Shown: positions 1-10,543 of the stretch, piece by piece
How positions within the stretch are numbered: the stretch's first letter is position 1
How the letters are laid out: each line of letters begins with the position of its first letter
Assembly: GCA_004195635.1 (NCBI GenBank)
Contig: PSPT01000003.1
Location: forward strand, 38,146 to 102,145
Length of the DNA stretch: 64,000 nt
Origin: Methanobacteriota archaeon
GTDB taxonomy: Archaea; Thermoplasmatota; Poseidoniia; Poseidoniales; Poseidoniaceae
Direction: 5' to 3'
The notes under the pieces: model-generated
Databases searched by the model: none
Seen by the model: the letters and a program-made list of their open reading frames with translations, nothing else
What the model was told of the DNA's origin: nothing
Made by a program: the position numbers and the translations under genes

Positions 1-519
1 ATCCTTGTCCCAGTCAATACCTCTATCGTAAACGCCATTGCCGAAATTATCATCATCACCTTCTATCCACGATATTTCCTCTAAAATATTCTTGTTGGTG
101 ATATCATCACCCTCACCATTCCCAAGTTGAGCATTATTGGTTTGAATGTAGATGATAGATACATCAACCGTCCATTCATCTCTCACTTCGAGCAACAAAT
201 CGGTGGAATCAGCGCCTTCAGGAAGAAATATTTCTACATCATCAACAATTTGATCTTGGAAGCCTGAACCGACATATCCAAACCAGGTTGCCATGATTAA
301 CATTAACAAAACGGTTATTTTTGGAGTTTGAAGGAGGGTCCGATATAGACGGTCCATGCCGACATTTACCTTGTCCTGAACATCATCAATTATTACATCG
401 ATTTTATCGTTAGCAAGACTTATTCCATCTGAGGCTTTAGTGTACCATTCCTTGCTTTGGACTTCAGCAACAAGGCGGGCAACAGGGGTCGTCTTCCCCG
501 TGTCACTACCCTCGGCCAT
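1..519 (-). CDS. Partial membrane protein; N-terminus is in the window and the C-terminus runs off the left edge. Possible RND/MMPL-type exporter N-terminal region.
   Basis: Open frame on minus strand from ATG at 519 (MAEGSDTGKTTPVARLVAEVQSKEWY...) through position 1 without stop. A hydrophobic segment (ITVLLMLIMATWFGYVGSGF) is followed by an acidic periplasmic-like segment. It is absent from the ORF track because it is truncated. Confidence 0.4.
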   Translation of the reverse strand, partial: MAEGSDTGKTTPVARLVAEVQSKEWYTKASDGISLANDKIDVIIDDVQDKVNVGMDRLYRTLLQTPKITVLLMLIMATWFGYVGSGFQDQIVDDVEIFLPEGADSTDLLLEVRDEWTVDVSIIYIQTNNAQLGNGEGDDITNKNILEEISWIEGDDDNFGNGVYDRGIDWDKD

Positions 520-686
520 AGTCGGGGATTGACAGGTTAGCCATGAACATCACCCACAGTTTGCTTGAGAACACAAGATTATTCCAAAGATTCAGTAAGG
601 TCAGTAAATTGAAGATAAAGGTGGGGCTGCACTACAATAATTCATTCAATGCAAAAACATCAATGCGATGAAGGGCTTGGTGGGAA

Positions 687-1634
687 TCAATCTATTCCGA
701 ATTCCTTGACAATTAGAAGTTTGAGAATACTGCGTGCGCTTTGTAAAACAAGACCCGTTGCGATTAAAGATAGACCGAGAACCCCGATCCAAGCAGCGGT
801 TATTCCCGGGCCAATTGTCCCATCGGTAAATTCTCCAACGGAATCAATTGCTCGCAAGCCCATTGCAGCACCTGTTGCAAGCAAACCAAATCCAGGAATG
901 CCGAGAACGATTAGGGGCTTTTTCTGAGAGAGTGTGATTAAGGCGTAGGCGAGGACAGTAAAACCATGGCTTAGAGCGGTGAAACGACTGCCCTTTGGGA
1001 CATCATAGCGGATAACTGTTGGAATTTCAGCAACTTTCAACTCTTTTTCGTTCGCATCTTCCAGAATCTCAAGAGATAATTCCATTCCTTCACAATCAAA
1101 ACGAAGAAGTTCAAGGGCTTTAGCCGAAAAGGCTCTAAATCCACTTTGAGTATCCTTGATATTTAAATCAGAGGAAAGATTTGATGCGGCAGTAATTACC
1201 TTAATGCCGAGACGCCGGTAAGCAGGCATATCTACACTTGTACCGCCATCAATGAAGCGAGAACCGATGACGATATCGGCTTCACCTGAAAGAATTGGCT
1301 CGATGATTTTGGGAATGTCATTTGGGTCGTGTTGGCCGTCACTATCAAGAGTAATTAGGATATCAGCACCCATTTGACGTGATTTTACGAATAGAGTCTT
1401 TAGAGCACCACCATAACCTCTGTTTACACGATGCCGAGTGACTTGAGCGCCACATCTAGTGGCGAGGTGGGCACTTGAATCTGAAGAACCATCATCAATA
1501 CAAAGAACGGTATCGACATGACGAAGGGTTCTGCGAACAATTGTACCAATTGTTTCCTCCTCATTGTACATTGGCATACCAGCGACGATGAGGGGTTTTG
1601 AACTGACTTCATCCACTTCAGGCCCATCTCCCAT
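687..1634 (-). CDS. Glycosyltransferase family 2, dolichyl-phosphate sugar synthase (DPM1/GtrB-like) with C-terminal TM helices
   Basis: N-terminal GT-A motifs: MPMYNEEETIG, CIDDGSSDSS (DxD-type), DSDGQHDP, ADIVIGSRF. Two C-terminal hydrophobic helices are typical of polyprenyl-phosphate glycosyltransferases. Confidence 0.85.
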   Translation of the reverse strand: MGDGPEVDEVSSKPLIVAGMPMYNEEETIGTIVRRTLRHVDTVLCIDDGSSDSSAHLATRCGAQVTRHRVNRGYGGALKTLFVKSRQMGADILITLDSDGQHDPNDIPKIIEPILSGEADIVIGSRFIDGGTSVDMPAYRRLGIKVITAASNLSSDLNIKDTQSGFRAFSAKALELLRFDCEGMELSLEILEDANEKELKVAEIPTVIRYDVPKGSRFTALSHGFTVLAYALITLSQKKPLIVLGIPGFGLLATGAAMGLRAIDSVGEFTDGTIGPGITAAWIGVLGLSLIATGLVLQSARSILKLLIVKEFGID

Positions 1635-1817
1635 ACTATATCGGCGAAGCGGGTCCTATATCAGCGTTAAGCATCTAGGCAAACACCTTTTGCCTTTTGC
1701 CGACCCGTTTAGTGATTATTGTTTAATTCTATAGAGGGAGAGCAGATGCCCCGCAGGACACCCACTCTCATTACGCGGCATAAGCCGGAGTTGCATTATT
1801 TGCCCGTTTTCGCCGAC

Positions 1818-2078
1818 TTAGTCCTGTAAATGGCTAACAGTTGTAACTGCTCGCTCACCTGCAAGAACCTTGTTCAATGCACCAATACTGATCACAAGAG
1901 GCACGTATGTTTGGCCATCACTTGTGGTATAGGTCTCACAATCAGACAGAGCTGAGGTGTTTATTGACACCTTTAGGGCTCCGCCGGCATTGCTTCTTCG
2001 GGCATATCCGACCAAGAGCGAGGACATTACCTCTTCTTGGACCGGTTTGGTCTTGTTGTTTTTGCTCATTTTTTTCAC
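1818..2078 (-). CDS. Small hypothetical protein (86 aa)
   Basis: ORF with K-rich N-terminus; no family recognised with confidence. Confidence 0.3.
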   Translation of the reverse strand: MKKMSKNNKTKPVQEEVMSSLLVGYARRSNAGGALKVSINTSALSDCETYTTSDGQTYVPLVISIGALNKVLAGERAVTTVSHLQD

Positions 2079-2498
2079 ATCCTGGCACTTTTTCTCAAAT
2101 TGTCATCGGATACTCTCTCTCATTTGTGGGGTGTGCCTTTCACCGAAAATGGCATGACCCCTGTAACCTACTTATACCGTGATGAGGGGGGTAAGTGAAA
2201 GGCAAAACTGAACGGGATTGAAAACAAGCCAACTGAGGGCCATCGTGATAATCTGCAAACTGAAAGTGAAACAACAGCATCCTTTCTCAGGACAATAGTT
2301 GGCATCTGAAATAGAAAAATTTGTGTAATAATGAAATTAAAGAAAAGGCAATATTTTTTGAGCATTGGGGTGTTGAGAAAGCAAGATGTTGGGCTCAATA
2401 ATGCAAATTGGCGCAAGCGATTACAAAGAGGCTTACCTCGCACAAACCGGCTTCTGAATTGATGACAGTTAATCCAAAACCTCAAACCGAACCGGCCG

Positions 2499-3470
2499 GT
2501 GCCCTGCGACATGACAAGTCGTGTAATGGTCACCGGTGGCGCAGGATTCATCGGTTCACATTTGATAGATTTACTTGTTGAGGCCGGTAATGAAGTTGTG
2601 ATTTATGATAACTTTTCCAGTGGCCGACTTGAATTTATTGCAGATAATCTCAAGGACCCTGCAGTGAGCCTTGTGAAAGCAGACCTCCTTGATTTAGATT
2701 CACTAGTTGTTGCTATGAAAGGGGTTGACCAAGTTTATCATTTGGCGGCTAATCCAGATATTCGTCTTGGAACTGAAGTAACCGATACCGATCTAAAACA
2801 AGGAACGGTTGCCACATACAATGTGCTTGAAGCAATGCGTCTTGCCGGAACTAAAAAAATCGCTTTTGCATCATCTTCGGTAGTATATGGTGAGGCTGCA
2901 GTCATGCCAACTCCTGAAGATTATGGACCTCTTTTCCCGATTAGCCTTTACGGTGCAAGCAAACTTGCAGGTGAGGCTCTAATTACCTCTTGGGTTGGAA
3001 CTTTTGGTCTTCAAGCCTGGTTGTTCCGCTTCGCAAATATTGTCGGCGAGCGCGGAACACATGGTGTCATTTTTGACTTCATTCATAAGTTGAAAGCAAA
3101 CCCTGCTCGCTTAGAAGTGCTTGGTGATGGACACCAAGCGAAATCCTACATGGAAGTTCGCGATTGCGCACGAGCAATGGTCCACCTGGTTTCATCTCAA
3201 AATGAATCCGTTAATTTCTTCAATTTGGGAAGTGGCGATGTTTGTAGCGTTGCCCGAATCGCCGAGGTTGTAGTAGAAGAAAGCGGATTTCCCGAAGTAA
3301 GCATCGAATATACTGGTGGAAGCCGAGGCTGGGCAGGCGATGTGGCGAAGGCATCTCTTGCAGTTGAAAAACTAAATGCGACTAATTTCGCAACTAACTT
3401 TGATAGTGAGGCGGCGGTGCGCCACACAGCAAGGGCACTTATTCAGGAGATTGGATTACATGAAATATGA
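2499..3470 (+). CDS. NAD-dependent sugar epimerase/dehydratase (UDP-glucose 4-epimerase family, SDR extended)
   Basis: Rossmann motif VTGGAGFIGSHL near the N-terminus and a YxxxK-type catalytic region (YGASKLAGE). Length about 320 aa. The stop overlaps the start of the next gene. Confidence 0.85.
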   Translation: MPCDMTSRVMVTGGAGFIGSHLIDLLVEAGNEVVIYDNFSSGRLEFIADNLKDPAVSLVKADLLDLDSLVVAMKGVDQVYHLAANPDIRLGTEVTDTDLKQGTVATYNVLEAMRLAGTKKIAFASSSVVYGEAAVMPTPEDYGPLFPISLYGASKLAGEALITSWVGTFGLQAWLFRFANIVGERGTHGVIFDFIHKLKANPARLEVLGDGHQAKSYMEVRDCARAMVHLVSSQNESVNFFNLGSGDVCSVARIAEVVVEESGFPEVSIEYTGGSRGWAGDVAKASLAVEKLNATNFATNFDSEAAVRHTARALIQEIGLHEI

Positions 3471-4167
3471 GCAGAATAGTATACGTAGAATGAGAACTGA
3501 TGACTCCGCAGTAGGCCATATGGGTAGCCTTTTTCAAGTGATTGGAATCTTCTTTATTGGTATGATGATTATCGCCTTTTCAACCGATCCGGTAAAATTG
3601 GGTATTGACAAGGGTGAATTGCCACCAACAATTCAAGGTGATGCACATCACTATGTCCCTGGTTCTGAAGGCGGTAACTGGGAGAAAAATTGGAATCTGC
3701 ATGACCATTTTAACATGAGTTGGGATGCAGAGGAAGCGGAATCAGACAAGTGGTTTGTAATTGAATTCCTTGACACTGACTGCCCTTATTGCTGGACAGC
3801 AGGCGAAGCACAATCACAAATATCTGATTACTGGGGTGACAAAATCACTCAAGTTGGAGTGGTTGTGGCTTTGAACATTGACGGCCACTCTGGCTCCCGT
3901 GCAGAAATTGAAGCCTTCCAAGGAAAATTAGACTTTGAGGGATGTAAGACCACATCTAACTGTAAAGATCGACCTGGAGACCCGCATAATTTCATCTACA
4001 TCGATGACCTTGATGCTTCTTCCATGAGTGCTTGGAACCTTCGTGGAACTCCAAGTTGTTTCATCCTTCAACCCAACGGACTAGTTTATTTCGGACCAGG
4101 TCAAGGCACCTGTGACGACATTCCTGCCACATTGAACGAATTGTTCCCAATTGGCCAAGGTGCGTGA
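3460..4167 (+). CDS. Membrane-anchored thioredoxin-fold protein (CxxC thiol-disulfide oxidoreductase-like)
   Basis: The long ORF-track start at 3376 overlaps the epimerase. The in-frame ATG at 3460 (MKYEQ...) abuts the epimerase stop. N-terminal TM helix (LFQVIGIFFIGMMIIAF) followed by FLDTDCPYCW (CPYC active-site-like motif). Confidence 0.55.
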   Translation: MKYEQNSIRRMRTDDSAVGHMGSLFQVIGIFFIGMMIIAFSTDPVKLGIDKGELPPTIQGDAHHYVPGSEGGNWEKNWNLHDHFNMSWDAEEAESDKWFVIEFLDTDCPYCWTAGEAQSQISDYWGDKITQVGVVVALNIDGHSGSRAEIEAFQGKLDFEGCKTTSNCKDRPGDPHNFIYIDDLDASSMSAWNLRGTPSCFILQPNGLVYFGPGQGTCDDIPATLNELFPIGQGA

Positions 4168-4864
4168 TTTGATGGAATGGATATTTATTTACTCGGCACT
4201 AATTTTCTGCGGCGCATTGTTGTCTACTAATTTGGGAGAGACAATCGCTAATGCACTCGGTGCTTCAGAGGAGAAATTGTCTTGGATGTCAAATGTGAGA
4301 ACCCGTAAACTCGGCGCTATGCAACTAATGCTATTAGGTGGCTTTATTGCGAGCATTGACCTATTTTGGATTCAGAATAAATACATGGAGTACAGTGGAA
4401 TTACCGCAGCAAGTACTGCAATGGATATTTTTGGACTTAACTTTGACACCACGACCTTTGTTGGAGATTTGGAAAACAACAACTTTTTCGGTATCCCTTG
4501 GGGCTTTGGTGGAATGCTATTCTTTATCATTGTTGGCTGGTTCACTCTTTCTATTAAAGCAGAGCCGACGGCTTCATGGGTTGATCTTTTTCTCAAACTA
4601 GGGATTCTATCTTCTGGATTTGGAGGCATCGTTTCTTTGTATCTCGTATACATTCAAACATTTGTAATGGATGGAGTATACAGCCTAGAGGCAGCAATAA
4701 TCCAGTTGACAATTTTCTCTTTACTATTGGCCTTTACTTCACTTCAAAGAATGAAAAATGAAGGAATTTGGGTTGATAATAAGCTTGATTCAGATCCTCT
4801 TTACGAAAAACGCAAGCGACGTTCAAGTGGCTACATTGCGCCAACCGTTGATAGCGAAGAATAA
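4151..4864 (+). CDS. Polytopic membrane protein, unknown function
   Basis: Five or six hydrophobic helices and a basic C-terminal tail (KRKRRSSGY). No family recognised. Confidence 0.5.
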   Translation: MAKVRDLMEWIFIYSALIFCGALLSTNLGETIANALGASEEKLSWMSNVRTRKLGAMQLMLLGGFIASIDLFWIQNKYMEYSGITAASTAMDIFGLNFDTTTFVGDLENNNFFGIPWGFGGMLFFIIVGWFTLSIKAEPTASWVDLFLKLGILSSGFGGIVSLYLVYIQTFVMDGVYSLEAAIIQLTIFSLLLAFTSLQRMKNEGIWVDNKLDSDPLYEKRKRRSSGYIAPTVDSEE

Positions 4865-4889
4865 CCTACCAACGACGAAGTTGGCTGGC

Positions 4890-5265
4890 TCCGAGAACTC
4901 TCGACGATAGCCCTGCGGCCGGCAATTGCGTAACGCCTATGGCTAGAAATGGAGGTGCAGGGAGTAAGCCCCTTTCTGTTACCCGCTTTCACGGTTAGCT
5001 ACATTCAACTTAGCATCTTACCCGTCCCTCGGCGTGCCGCGTCAACAGGACTGTTTAGACTTGCTCCAGCGTGGGTGCTCGTTCCAGCAACAATAGGGCA
5101 ATCTCGTCCTTTCGGATTCATCGTACACACCCCTTGTCGTTCGTTTCTGCTGCACTACCAAACCATCTCTGGCTTACGACTTATGTCGCCCGCTTGCACT
5201 TTGGAGAGGGGACTTTCCTCAGAGTCGAACTCTGTCAGTAGCCCTCCTACGCCTCCAAACACTGC
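4890..5265 (-). ncRNA. rnpB: RNase P RNA (archaeal type), minus strand. Boundaries are approximate.
   Basis: Minus-strand transcript contains both universally conserved P4 strands. GAGGAAAGUCC is the reverse complement of plus 5207-5217 (ggactttcctc). ACAGAAAGGGGCUUAC is the reverse complement of plus about 4965-4982. They lie about 230 nt apart in the correct 5' to 3' order. A P3-like hairpin CAGAGUUCGACUCUG sits just 5' of the first P4 strand. The region is otherwise non-coding; the 113-aa plus ORF listed there is low-complexity. Confidence 0.75.
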
Positions 5266-5343
5266 TAGGAGGTCCCTCTTTTCAATCTAACCAAGCATTA
5301 CGATATGGGCCACATAACCTCATGAAGGCAGAAAAGAGCACTT

Positions 5344-8300
5344 TCAATCAAACAGGTCATCATCCATCCAAGTATTCTCTTTAGTACCACTTTGACGAAG
5401 TAGAGTCACTAAAACGACGAGGAGGAGGAGAGAAATTATCGCTCCAAGCCAAATATAAATTGAATCAATTCCAGCAACTGAACCCGTGAAAATGCTTTCT
5501 TCCTCGGCTTCAACGATTCTAATTGTTGGACCATTTGCTTCATTCTCTTCATCGGTTACCAAGTGAGCCTCAATCCACGCTGCACCTTCCCCCTCAAGAG
5601 TCCAATCAACATAGGTTGTATTGCTTGAATCTGCACCAATAGTCACATAACTTTGCTGCAATACAGTGCGTATTCCACCAGGTCGAACTTCCTCCACGAT
5701 TAGTTCAACTGTTCCTTCAAGGCGCCCGGTGTTGTGTACCTCAATGCTCACAGTCAACACCTCTCCTTCTGGCAAGTCTCCTAGTTTTGAATAACTAATA
5801 TCTGCTCTTTCAAGAGACCATTCTGGAGACCTCTGTTCAATATCCCATGAACCAACTGGGACTGCCTCTGAATTGAGGAGTGAATCAAAGTCGTTTCCAG
5901 CCATATCTGCACCAGTCACCCAAACAATCAATTCCAATGCTTCAAGGTCGGCACCTTCCTCGAGTGAAGAACCAATATCAAGTAACACCGCAAGCGGAAT
6001 TGATTGCCCAGAGAGGCGGTTTTCAATTACATTTGGAGTCATTTGTCCCTCGGCGATAAAAGCAGAACCGGCCTCAGCACCACGGGCTTGAACACGCCAA
6101 TGAATTTGCAATGTATCTGGATTCAATTGCTCAAGTTCGCTGACCCTCAACTCAATTTGTAAAGAGTCCAAGTCGTTGATTGTCAATAATGCATTTGATC
6201 GTGGAGAAAGAACATCATTCACCATAGGAGATTCACCATCAACTACTATCCACATTACTGGAGTAGAACGGTCGGTATAATCCACCGAATTAAGTGGGAG
6301 GTTAGACATTTCCACATTGAACGGATAAGCACCGGAAATCAAAGGCATGTCAATCTCTGCGCTAAAACCACCGTCTTGGGAAGTCACAATGTGCCTTACT
6401 CCGTCGATTAATAGTGCGACATCAAGGAGGGCTTGTGGATGAGTTCCATCTGTTGCCCAAACCACTTCACCACGTACTACTGCTTTTGCACCTGGCTGAA
6501 CCCATGCTCCTTCGCTATTGGGGACTGCCCCCTCAATGTCAATTGAAAGACTTGAAGTATCAACCATCATATCTGGAGAATATCTCCAGCGCAACTCGGG
6601 AAGAGTTACCCATGAACCTTGACCAGCGCGGTCAAGGATAGTAATTGAAGGCTCACGCGAAAGGTAAGTGTCGGCAACTAAAGTCCACTGTATTTCAAAT
6701 TCGATGCGCAATTCCAAATCTTCACTGAAAGGTGTAGTGTCATTTTGAGCCGAACCCAAGATGCAGGAGTTTATTACCAAATCTAGGCTTGCCGTAGTAC
6801 AGCGGTTTGTAGGCCCATCCCATTCTATAGACAGAGTGTCTGTTTGCGAATTACTTGCCAATTGCAAAGTTGCTGATGCAAGGTCTGAAAAACCATTTTG
6901 CTCTGTCAGTGGAACCACAATAGTGTATGCAACTTCGGGATGTAACCAAGGATGTGGGCCATCTTCAATCTCAATGTTTGTCATATCAAGGACTGGGGCA
7001 AAATCTCGGCGCACTTGATACATGAAGAGGTAATCTTCAGAAGTGGAGGAACCACCGCCAAATAACAAATTTCCAGCAGCATCTCCACCATATAACCATC
7101 CTGCAACATTTGAACCATCAGGAGCGTTTGTATCGTCATGAATATAGGAATATTCACCCGATGCGAGAGACATATCTTGAGGCAGAATAATGCTTGTTGG
7201 CCTATATTCATCGCTACTTGGCAAGCCATTGCCATCACTATCATCGAGCCATTCTCGCCAAATTTGCAAATGAATGCCACTTGGTAATATTGGCCTATCA
7301 ACTATTGTAAAAGTAAGTTTTTGGGAAATACTTGGTGCGAGGTGGTCATGACGTTCAATATTCATTGAGATTAACTCCGGAGAAAGTGAATCGGTTTGGA
7401 ACGTTTTTGACATTGCCTGAACAAATCCAGACCCACTTGAGCCATTATTTGTGCCTCCACCAGAACCACCAAGTATGGCTAGCCTGATTTCCCAGACAAC
7501 ATATGCACCTGAAGCAGGAACTGTTGCACCAATTGTAGCGAGTCCTTGATCTACAACTCTTGTACTATTGATGAGGTTGCCGTCTTGCAATAAATATACT
7601 TCAACATCATCAGTTCGCGGCGCCCATTGAGACCCTACATTTTCAAATCCGAGATCAATTTCCAATTCGACATCAGCACCTAGCTTGAGATATTGCGCAT
7701 TGCTTGGCACAATATTGCCGATTTGATTTATCACCCACCAATCATTGATTACCGGATCATTTTCAACTCCCAAAGTTGAACCTCCACCAAATGTAAACCT
7801 CACTGGCACACAATGAACTGAAGTTTGAGTGATCATTTGGATCATAATGTCTAGGGAATCCTCATCATCCCAGTCCTGCATTAGTCTAAACCGCCACAGT
7901 GTTTTGAATTTATCACCTGTTTGGTTTAGGAACCCGGGGTTCTCTGCCCATTCAATCAAATGTGAATCACCTCTTGAAACACAGTTTGCAGGGGGCTCGC
8001 CCACATTTTCAGGAGGTAGGAATATACTCCCAGTGCACTCAAAAGTCGCATAGTGACCTATTGCTGCAATTGTCAACTCGACTCTATTGGCACCTTCGGA
8101 AGTATTGAATGTCGCAAATACTTCATTCCATTGATAGGAGGGAGTCACTGGTTGAGTTTCACTCAGATTGAGCAAGTTTCCATAACTATCAGGGGCTCCA
8201 CCATTAGATTGTTGCGAAACGATTTGTACATTATATCCCGCAGGCCCAGTGCTTTGGAAGGGAATGGGGATCTTCTTACTACCTGGGAGGGACCAAAGTT

Positions 8301-10347
8301 GCCCCAATTCAAAATTGAGTTCTCTCAAAAGCGAGTGGCCATCTGAGGCATTCAAGATAACAGAGGATGTGTACGGGGCTGCAAGACCGCGAAGCAAAAT
8401 ATCGGGACCTGCATCCGCAGTAACTCGTAGATCAACTTGAGAAAAGGTCCAACCTTCGCCGTTTACCATTGAGGGGGAACCGGATAGTGCATAGTTGATT
8501 TGAGATATTTCGGCTTCGCTAAAGATTACATCTGTTGAACCAATTAATGTACCGATAGTTTGATTCAGTTCCTCAATTCCGTTAATGAATATTCCAATGG
8601 CGACACCAGTTGCGGCGAGACCAGTTGGGCATAATTGGAAAGAGAGGGAGTCAACACCTTGCCCAGGGAGCATAAAGCCAACTTGTTGAGTTGATGCAGT
8701 TTGATAAACCATTTTGGCTGATAGGTAACCATTTCCTAAGCGATCTTGCCACCCCCACTGCCCGAGGGCAGGGTCTGACATTGACCACTCATATCGACCA
8801 TCAGAGGCTACATCAATTCGTGGATTTGTCGGCATGCTACCGATAGCAATATCGATTTCAACATCCACTAATTGCCAACTGCTTCCAGTACCAACTATTT
8901 GGTAATCAACAGAAAATATTGTCCCTGCACCTACTGTGAGAATGGTATTTGATGCAACATCTGAGTAGTTTTCTCCGTTTATAGATGCCTGAATTTTTGC
9001 ACCACCGGACAAGCCGAAATTGTGACTGACGCGAGCAATAGGCGCCGCGGTTCGCAAAGTGGGAAGAGTCACAGTTTCACTACCACTTCCTTGCACCGAC
9101 TTGGCAGAAGATGACCAACTCGCAGTGCCGAGTTGCCAACCGATATCAGCTGGATCAGATGTCAAAGTGTCGGCATAGCGTCCTTGTAAATTAATACTAT
9201 GAATCACTGGATGGCCACCACTGCCAGAAACCAAATTTATTTCTAAGCGCAAAGCGGCATGTGTTTGCCAGTCAATAACACCGAGGTCGGCGACTCGGTC
9301 AACTCTATCGACGAAACCGGCGATTGGAGAACTAGTAAAGGCGTCAATTAATGTCCACTCAAGAGATGCACCAGAAGGCACTGTCATGTCAAGCGACATC
9401 AAACCGTAGGGCCCCGGCATCCCCTGAAATCCCGACTGAGCCTGTGGCCCGAAGTCGGGCGAAGTCCAGTTAGCCTCGCCAGTGGAAATACCGGTGCCAA
9501 CAGGCAATACTGACACATCATCAACATTCCAGCCGGTAAAAGTGACTGACCCGTCAGTTCGTCCCAAACCAAAACGAATTTGGAAGTTGGGATTACCGTT
9601 GATATAACTTGAGATTGAACTTGTTACTTGGTAAAAAGCACCATCATTTACTGTTCCTGTGCTTGAGTAAACCTGTGACCAAACGCCTTGAGCATTCTTT
9701 ACTTGAACATAAGCATGGTCGTAGGAATAGTATTCAACTCCAAGTCGCTTCCAATAGGATAATTCCCAGCTACCAGAACAACTACTGCAATCCATTGAGG
9801 GTGAGGTTGCCCAATAAGTCGTGCTCATATAATTAGGATAGTTTCCGTTGTAGGTATATATTGCACCTGTACCGCCATGAACTCCATTTGTTGGACCGAG
9901 GGCTGAATCATAACCATGTGCCCAGCCTCCACTTGCATCTAAAGTCCAACTCTGAGCAGAGCCTTCAAAATCATACAACCAGCCCTGAGGCAGAATTGTC
10001 AAGCCGGAATTGTTGTAATCCACATTATCAAAAACTGCGGCAGTGGTATTGAATTCGGCAGCGGAATCCCAAATCATTGACTCCACGCGGGGCAGCGGAG
10101 AGGGTGTGATATTGAGGTTAATGGCACCTAAGGTGTGCCCTTCTGAAATATCTACAGTCAACTGATTTGAAATGCCATCTGGGTATATTGGGATGTTTAA
10201 TGATTCCCACTCACCAACGTTTGAGTAAGCAGGACTCAATTCATCATCGAGTGATGTGGCATTCAAAGGCTGCGCTATCGGGACTAAAATCGAAAGCAGG
10301 TAGGTCAAAAGCAGGGCCATGGAGGCCATCGAGGCATGATGGGTTCG
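5344..10347 (-). CDS. Giant exported cell-surface protein (about 1670 aa) with N-terminal signal peptide and C-terminal TM anchor
   Basis: Single uninterrupted ORF. Likely start at the internal Met (MRTHHASMASMALLLTYLLSILVPIAQPLNA, a signal-peptide-like hydrophobic stretch); the track start is 10425. The C-terminus ends with a hydrophobic helix (IYIWLGAIISLLLLVVLVTLL) followed by a short acidic tail. Composition is Ser/Thr/Gly/Asn-rich and beta-rich. Confidence 0.7.
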   Translation of the reverse strand, partial: RTHHASMASMALLLTYLLSILVPIAQPLNATSLDDELSPAYSNVGEWESLNIPIYPDGISNQLTVDISEGHTLGAINLNITPSPLPRVESMIWDSAAEFNTTAAVFDNVDYNNSGLTILPQGWLYDFEGSAQSWTLDASGGWAHGYDSALGPTNGVHGGTGAIYTYNGNYPNYMSTTYWATSPSMDCSSCSGSWELSYWKRLGVEYYSYDHAYVQVKNAQGVWSQVYSSTGTVNDGAFYQVTSSISSYINGNPNFQIRFGLGRTDGSVTFTGWNVDDVSVLPVGTGISTGEANWTSPDFGPQAQSGFQGMPGPYGLMSLDMTVPSGASLEWTLIDAFTSSPIAGFVDRVDRVADLGVIDWQTHAALRLEINLVSGSGGHPVIHSINLQGRYADTLTSDPADIGWQLGTASWSSSAKSVQGSGSETVTLPTLRTAAPIARVSHNFGLSGGAKIQASINGENYSDVASNTILTVGAGTIFSVDYQIVGTGSSWQLVDVEIDIAIGSMPTNPRIDVASDGRYEWSMSDPALGQWGWQDRLGNGYLSAKMVYQTASTQQVGFMLPGQGVDSLSFQLCPTGLAATGVAIGIFINGIEELNQTIGTLIGSTDVIFSEAEISQINYALSGSPSMVNGEGWTFSQVDLRVTADAGPDILLRGLAAPYTSSVILNASDGHSLLRELNFELGQLWSLPGSKKIPIPFQSTGPAGYNVQIVSQQSNGGAPDSYGNLLNLSETQPVTPSYQWNEVFATFNTSEGANRVELTIAAIGHYATFECTGSIFLPPENVGEPPANCVSRGDSHLIEWAENPGFLNQTGDKFKTLWRFRLMQDWDDEDSLDIMIQMITQTSVHCVPVRFTFGGGSTLGVENDPVINDWWVINQIGNIVPSNAQYLKLGADVELEIDLGFENVGSQWAPRTDDVEVYLLQDGNLINSTRVVDQGLATIGATVPASGAYVVWEIRLAILGGSGGGTNNGSSGSGFVQAMSKTFQTDSLSPELISMNIERHDHLAPSISQKLTFTIVDRPILPSGIHLQIWREWLDDSDGNGLPSSDEYRPTSIILPQDMSLASGEYSYIHDDTNAPDGSNVAGWLYGGDAAGNLLFGGGSSTSEDYLFMYQVRRDFAPVLDMTNIEIEDGPHPWLHPEVAYTIVVPLTEQNGFSDLASATLQLASNSQTDTLSIEWDGPTNRCTTASLDLVINSCILGSAQNDTTPFSEDLELRIEFEIQWTLVADTYLSREPSITILDRAGQGSWVTLPELRWRYSPDMMVDTSSLSIDIEGAVPNSEGAWVQPGAKAVVRGEVVWATDGTHPQALLDVALLIDGVRHIVTSQDGGFSAEIDMPLISGAYPFNVEMSNLPLNSVDYTDRSTPVMWIVVDGESPMVNDVLSPRSNALLTINDLDSLQIELRVSELEQLNPDTLQIHWRVQARGAEAGSAFIAEGQMTPNVIENRLSGQSIPLAVLLDIGSSLEEGADLEALELIVWVTGADMAGNDFDSLLNSEAVPVGSWDIEQRSPEWSLERADISYSKLGDLPEGEVLTVSIEVHNTGRLEGTVELIVEEVRPGGIRTVLQQSYVTIGADSSNTTYVDWTLEGEGAAWIEAHLVTDEENEANGPTIRIVEAEEESIFTGSVAGIDSIYIWLGAIISLLLLVVLVTLLRQSGTKENTWMDDDLFD

Positions 10348-10543
10348 CATAGCAATACCTACTAGGCGTCTAAGTACTATAATACATCGCTTCATTCTCA
10401 TGAATAATTTATGCACAAAACGCACTACTTCGCTGCATATTTCAATAAACGTCTATTCAGCCAATTATACCTTTTCCATTTCGAACCGGACTCACTCCGC
10501 CACAATTATGGCCTAATTCCAAGTTCTTTTTGAGAGAATAATA

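Noticed and set aside
2168-2551. 127-aa minus-strand ORF in the intergenic region upstream of the epimerase
   Set aside because: Spans an AT-rich probable promoter region and overlaps the epimerase start. No coding periodicity or motifs.
4949-5290. 113-aa plus-strand ORF
   Set aside because: Lies entirely within the RNase P RNA gene on the opposite strand. The translation is Pro/Ser/Leu-rich low complexity.
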